From the IMG/VR virus record IMGVR_UViG_3300031953_000064, positions 1 through 37,623 of that record: a stretch of 37,623 nucleotides of DNA; one strand, given 5' to 3'. The stretch comes from a virus (Duplodnaviria > Caudoviricetes). The notes under the pieces are model-generated. The model ran no database searches. It saw only the letters and a list, made by a program, of their open reading frames with translations, and had not been told where the DNA came from. Within the stretch, counting starts at the first letter, position 1. Each line of letters begins with the position of its first letter. Positions 35,484 to 37,623 of this stretch are shown in pieces. The translations under genes were made by a program, and so were the position numbers.

Positions 35484-35816
35484 ATGGCCGTACAGAGAGA
35501 TACCCAGGAGCTACTAGAGCATTGGGGCATGTGGGTGGTTCAAGGTTCCGGCGTTGCAGCGTGTCAGGCTCCGGGCGATAGAGCCACGCCGATGATCACG
35601 GATGACGAGGCGTTGCTTGTAGATCGGCTTGTTGGAAGGCTTGGCAGAGGGTATCCAGAGGCGGGTGAAGTAATACTGCGCTATTACACATCGGGAGCCC
35701 CCTTGTCTGTTGTCGGCAGGCTAATGGGATTTGGTGAAGAGAAGGCCCGGCAGTTATGGAAGGTGGGTGTTGCCTGGATTGATGGGGCATTGGAAGTGAG
35801 GAGAACGGCTGCTTGA
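35484..35816 (+). CDS. Q: Late antiterminator Q
   Basis: LLEHWGMW, ITDDEALLVDRLV, GVAWIDG; followed by promoter and terminators. Confidence 0.85.
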   Translation: MAVQRDTQELLEHWGMWVVQGSGVAACQAPGDRATPMITDDEALLVDRLVGRLGRGYPEAGEVILRYYTSGAPLSVVGRLMGFGEEKARQLWKVGVAWIDGALEVRRTAA

Positions 35817-35852
35817 CGCCCCGGTCCTAAACAGGTAGATTTCAGCTACTTT
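35813..35852 (+). promoter_or_regulatory. Late promoter pR' with -10-like pause element
   Basis: TTGACG-N17-TAGATT; TACTTT at ~+1. Confidence 0.8.
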
Positions 35853-35872
35853 GCAGTTTTTATATCTGCACT

Positions 35873-35950
35873 AAAAGCCTGGCCACTGAGCCGGGCTTTT
35901 TCGTTTCTGCTCCCCAGAGCTTAGCCCGCCGCGTTCGGGCTCTTTTTATT
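35873..35950 (+). terminator. tR' terminators (two hairpins)
   Basis: AAAAGCCTGG..CCGGGCTTTTT and AGCCCG..CGGGCT plus T-run. Confidence 0.8.
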
Positions 35951-36036
35951 CCCCCTTTTCCGGCCATCCACCACGCCTCTGAACCCGCGCGGGCTGTGAT
36001 TGTGCGCGTGGCCGGGACTTAACCATAGGACGTCTT

Positions 36037-36240
36037 ATGTCTAACCAGCTAGCCAATGAAGTCACCATAGCCGTAGCGAAGGCAGCACCAGCGCTCGCGG
36101 TAGTGGGTACAGGCGTCACCGGCACAATTAACTGGACTGACGTGGCGTACATGCTGACGGCTGCATACATGGCCCTTCAGATAGTCCTGCTTATTCCTAA
36201 ATACAGGGATATGTTCCGTGATTGGCGCAAAAAGTCGTGA
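36037..36240 (+). CDS. Holin (pinholin-like)
   Basis: 67 aa, hydrophobic segments, basic C-terminus; precedes endolysin. Confidence 0.8.
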   Translation: MSNQLANEVTIAVAKAAPALAVVGTGVTGTINWTDVAYMLTAAYMALQIVLLIPKYRDMFRDWRKKS

Positions 36241-36704
36241 ACATCGTTCAGAAGGCGCTGATTGCTGGCTCTTTAGCTATGGCCGGTTCCATTGTTGGCT
36301 ACTACGAAGGGCGGGAGCTGATCGGCTATCTGGACCCTGTAGGGATTCCGACGATCTGCTATGGCCACACAGCCACAGCAAAGCTGGGACAGGTAAAGAC
36401 TGACGCAGAGTGTGAAGAGCTGCTTCAGCAGGATCTTGGCTGGTCCCTTGCCGCTGTCGACAAGCACTTACCAAGCGCGCCGCCTGCAACAAGGGCCGCG
36501 CTGGGATCGTTCGTCTATAACGTGGGCATTGGCAGCTTTGAGTCATCCACACTACTGCGCAAGGCCAAGGCCGGCGACATGGTAGGCGCCTGTAATGAGT
36601 TGACCCGCTGGGTGTATGCCAAGGGGCGCAAGCTCAATGGCCTAGTCACTCGCCGAGAATCTGAACGAGAGCTATGCCTAGCCGGATTGCGCGGACGTGA
36701 TTGA
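36237..36704 (+). CDS. SAR endolysin, GH24 lysozyme
   Basis: N-terminal Ala/Gly-rich SAR helix; E-x8-D-x5-T triad; YNVG; GLVTRR. Confidence 0.92.
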   Translation: MNIVQKALIAGSLAMAGSIVGYYEGRELIGYLDPVGIPTICYGHTATAKLGQVKTDAECEELLQQDLGWSLAAVDKHLPSAPPATRAALGSFVYNVGIGSFESSTLLRKAKAGDMVGACNELTRWVYAKGRKLNGLVTRRESERELCLAGLRGRD

Positions 36705-37188
36705 TCTAAAGATTATGGCTGCCGTCGCCTTGGCAGCAGCGATCATTGCCTCTTTGGCTACATATCAAATTCAAGAATGGCGGTACGGCAAAGAGATAGC
36801 CGAGATTGACGCCAGGTTGCAGAAGGCATCACAGGTCGCAGTATCTCAAGCACTGGCAGAACAGCAGCGGCAGATGCAGGTAGTCGAAGCCGAATCCCAA
36901 CAAGGGGAGCAAGACGTTGAGCAGATCCGTATTGATATTGCTGCCGATGATACTGCTGACCGCCTGCGCGACCAGCTCACCCAGGTACGTCGAATCGCCA
37001 CGCATACAGCTGCCAATGCTGCCACCCAGCGCCTTGCAGACCAACAGACCGTCACAGTGCTCACCAACATGCTTGAAGAGTGTTCAGGCTTTGCGGGAGT
37101 CGTGGCTGGAGCGTATGAGGAAGCCAGAGCCCGAGGCATGACGTGTCAGCGGGTGTATGAGGGCGTGAGAGAGACAAGTGGGCAGTAG
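36697..37188 (+). CDS. Rz: Inner-membrane spanin (Rz-like)
   Basis: N-terminal TM, coiled coil, C-terminal Cys. Confidence 0.8.
   Translation: MIDLKIMAAVALAAAIIASLATYQIQEWRYGKEIAEIDARLQKASQVAVSQALAEQQRQMQVVEAESQQGEQDVEQIRIDIAADDTADRLRDQLTQVRRIATHTAANAATQRLADQQTVTVLTNMLEECSGFAGVVAGAYEEARARGMTCQRVYEGVRETSGQ
36917..37141 (+). CDS. Rz1: Outer-membrane spanin lipoprotein embedded in Rz
   Basis: Lipobox LTAC after hydrophobic signal; Pro-rich; SD GGGGAG; fully nested in +1 frame. Confidence 0.8.
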   Translation: MSRSVLILLPMILLTACATSSPRYVESPRIQLPMLPPSALQTNRPSQCSPTCLKSVQALRESWLERMRKPEPEA

Positions 37189-37570
37189 ACCAGCCAAGCC
37201 CTGTGCATGGCCTGGATGCAATGCCTTGGTGTCAGGCGTCACCCATTGCACCACTCATGCCCCTGCCGCCCTAGAGCGCAGACAGGCGCAGATCAAGAGA
37301 TCCAATAAGCGATACAACGCGGTCAGGGATGATTCAGACAGCCGCTACAAGGCAGAGAAGTGGCGCAGGCTCAGCATCTACTACCGAAGGCTTCACCCGC
37401 TCTGTGTTCAGTGCGAGCTTCAAGGACGTGTAACCGCGTCACAGATGGTCGACCACATCAAGAACACCAAGCAGCATCCCGAATTATTCTTTGAGTGGAG
37501 CAACCTCAGAGCGCTCTGCAACCCCTGCCACAACCGCATAGGTGAAAAGGTTGGCCTGACTGCAGTCTGA
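37178..37570 (+). CDS. HNH endonuclease (HK97 gp74-like terminase cofactor)
   Basis: HPLCVQC, VDHIK, NLRALCNPCHNR; last gene before terS. Confidence 0.9.
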   Translation: MGSRPAKPCAWPGCNALVSGVTHCTTHAPAALERRQAQIKRSNKRYNAVRDDSDSRYKAEKWRRLSIYYRRLHPLCVQCELQGRVTASQMVDHIKNTKQHPELFFEWSNLRALCNPCHNRIGEKVGLTAV

Positions 37571-37623
37571 CGCTCACAGAGGGGAGGGGGAGGGTCAAAA
37601 GTCCCATAGAAACGCTTCCCGAA

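Larger units (their letters stand above)
1..37623. mobile_element. Near-complete temperate siphovirus-type phage genome (HK97-like head, lambdoid organisation)
   Basis: Full gene set from terS to HNH in canonical order; intact attP next to the integrase; no host genes at either end. Confidence 0.95.

Overview
The window looks like an essentially complete ~37.6 kb temperate, long-tailed (siphovirus-type) lambdoid phage genome, opened between the HNH gene and terS, where HK97-like phages have their cos site. A Pseudomonadaceae-like host is inferred from gene content. Gene order: HK97-type packaging and head genes; head-tail joining and tail genes, with a moron after the tail tube gene and a -1 frameshifted tail chaperone; tape measure, tail tip and a long run of small fibre/decoration-like genes; a permuted NlpC/P60 protease; attP (3' part of tRNA-Ser(CGA)) with integrase/excisionase; a leftward early operon (J-domain protein, short C5-methyltransferase, SSB, DUF4406-like, LuxR-HTH); a cI/cro switch with readable operators and promoters; Rha/KilAC, initiator and P-like replication genes; a second tyrosine recombinase; Q; holin/SAR endolysin/spanins; HNH. 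Most notable: a major capsid protein with an N-terminal membrane-like hairpin; a three-gene cI-linked cassette in the rexAB position, including an unannotated 43-aa membrane peptide; a possible relict second attP (tRNA-Pro) bracketing an acidic moron; direct repeats at gene starts that mark module exchange; highly structured PL leaders; and an SSB whose DDDIPF tip is masked. All family assignments come from motif recognition, not database searches.
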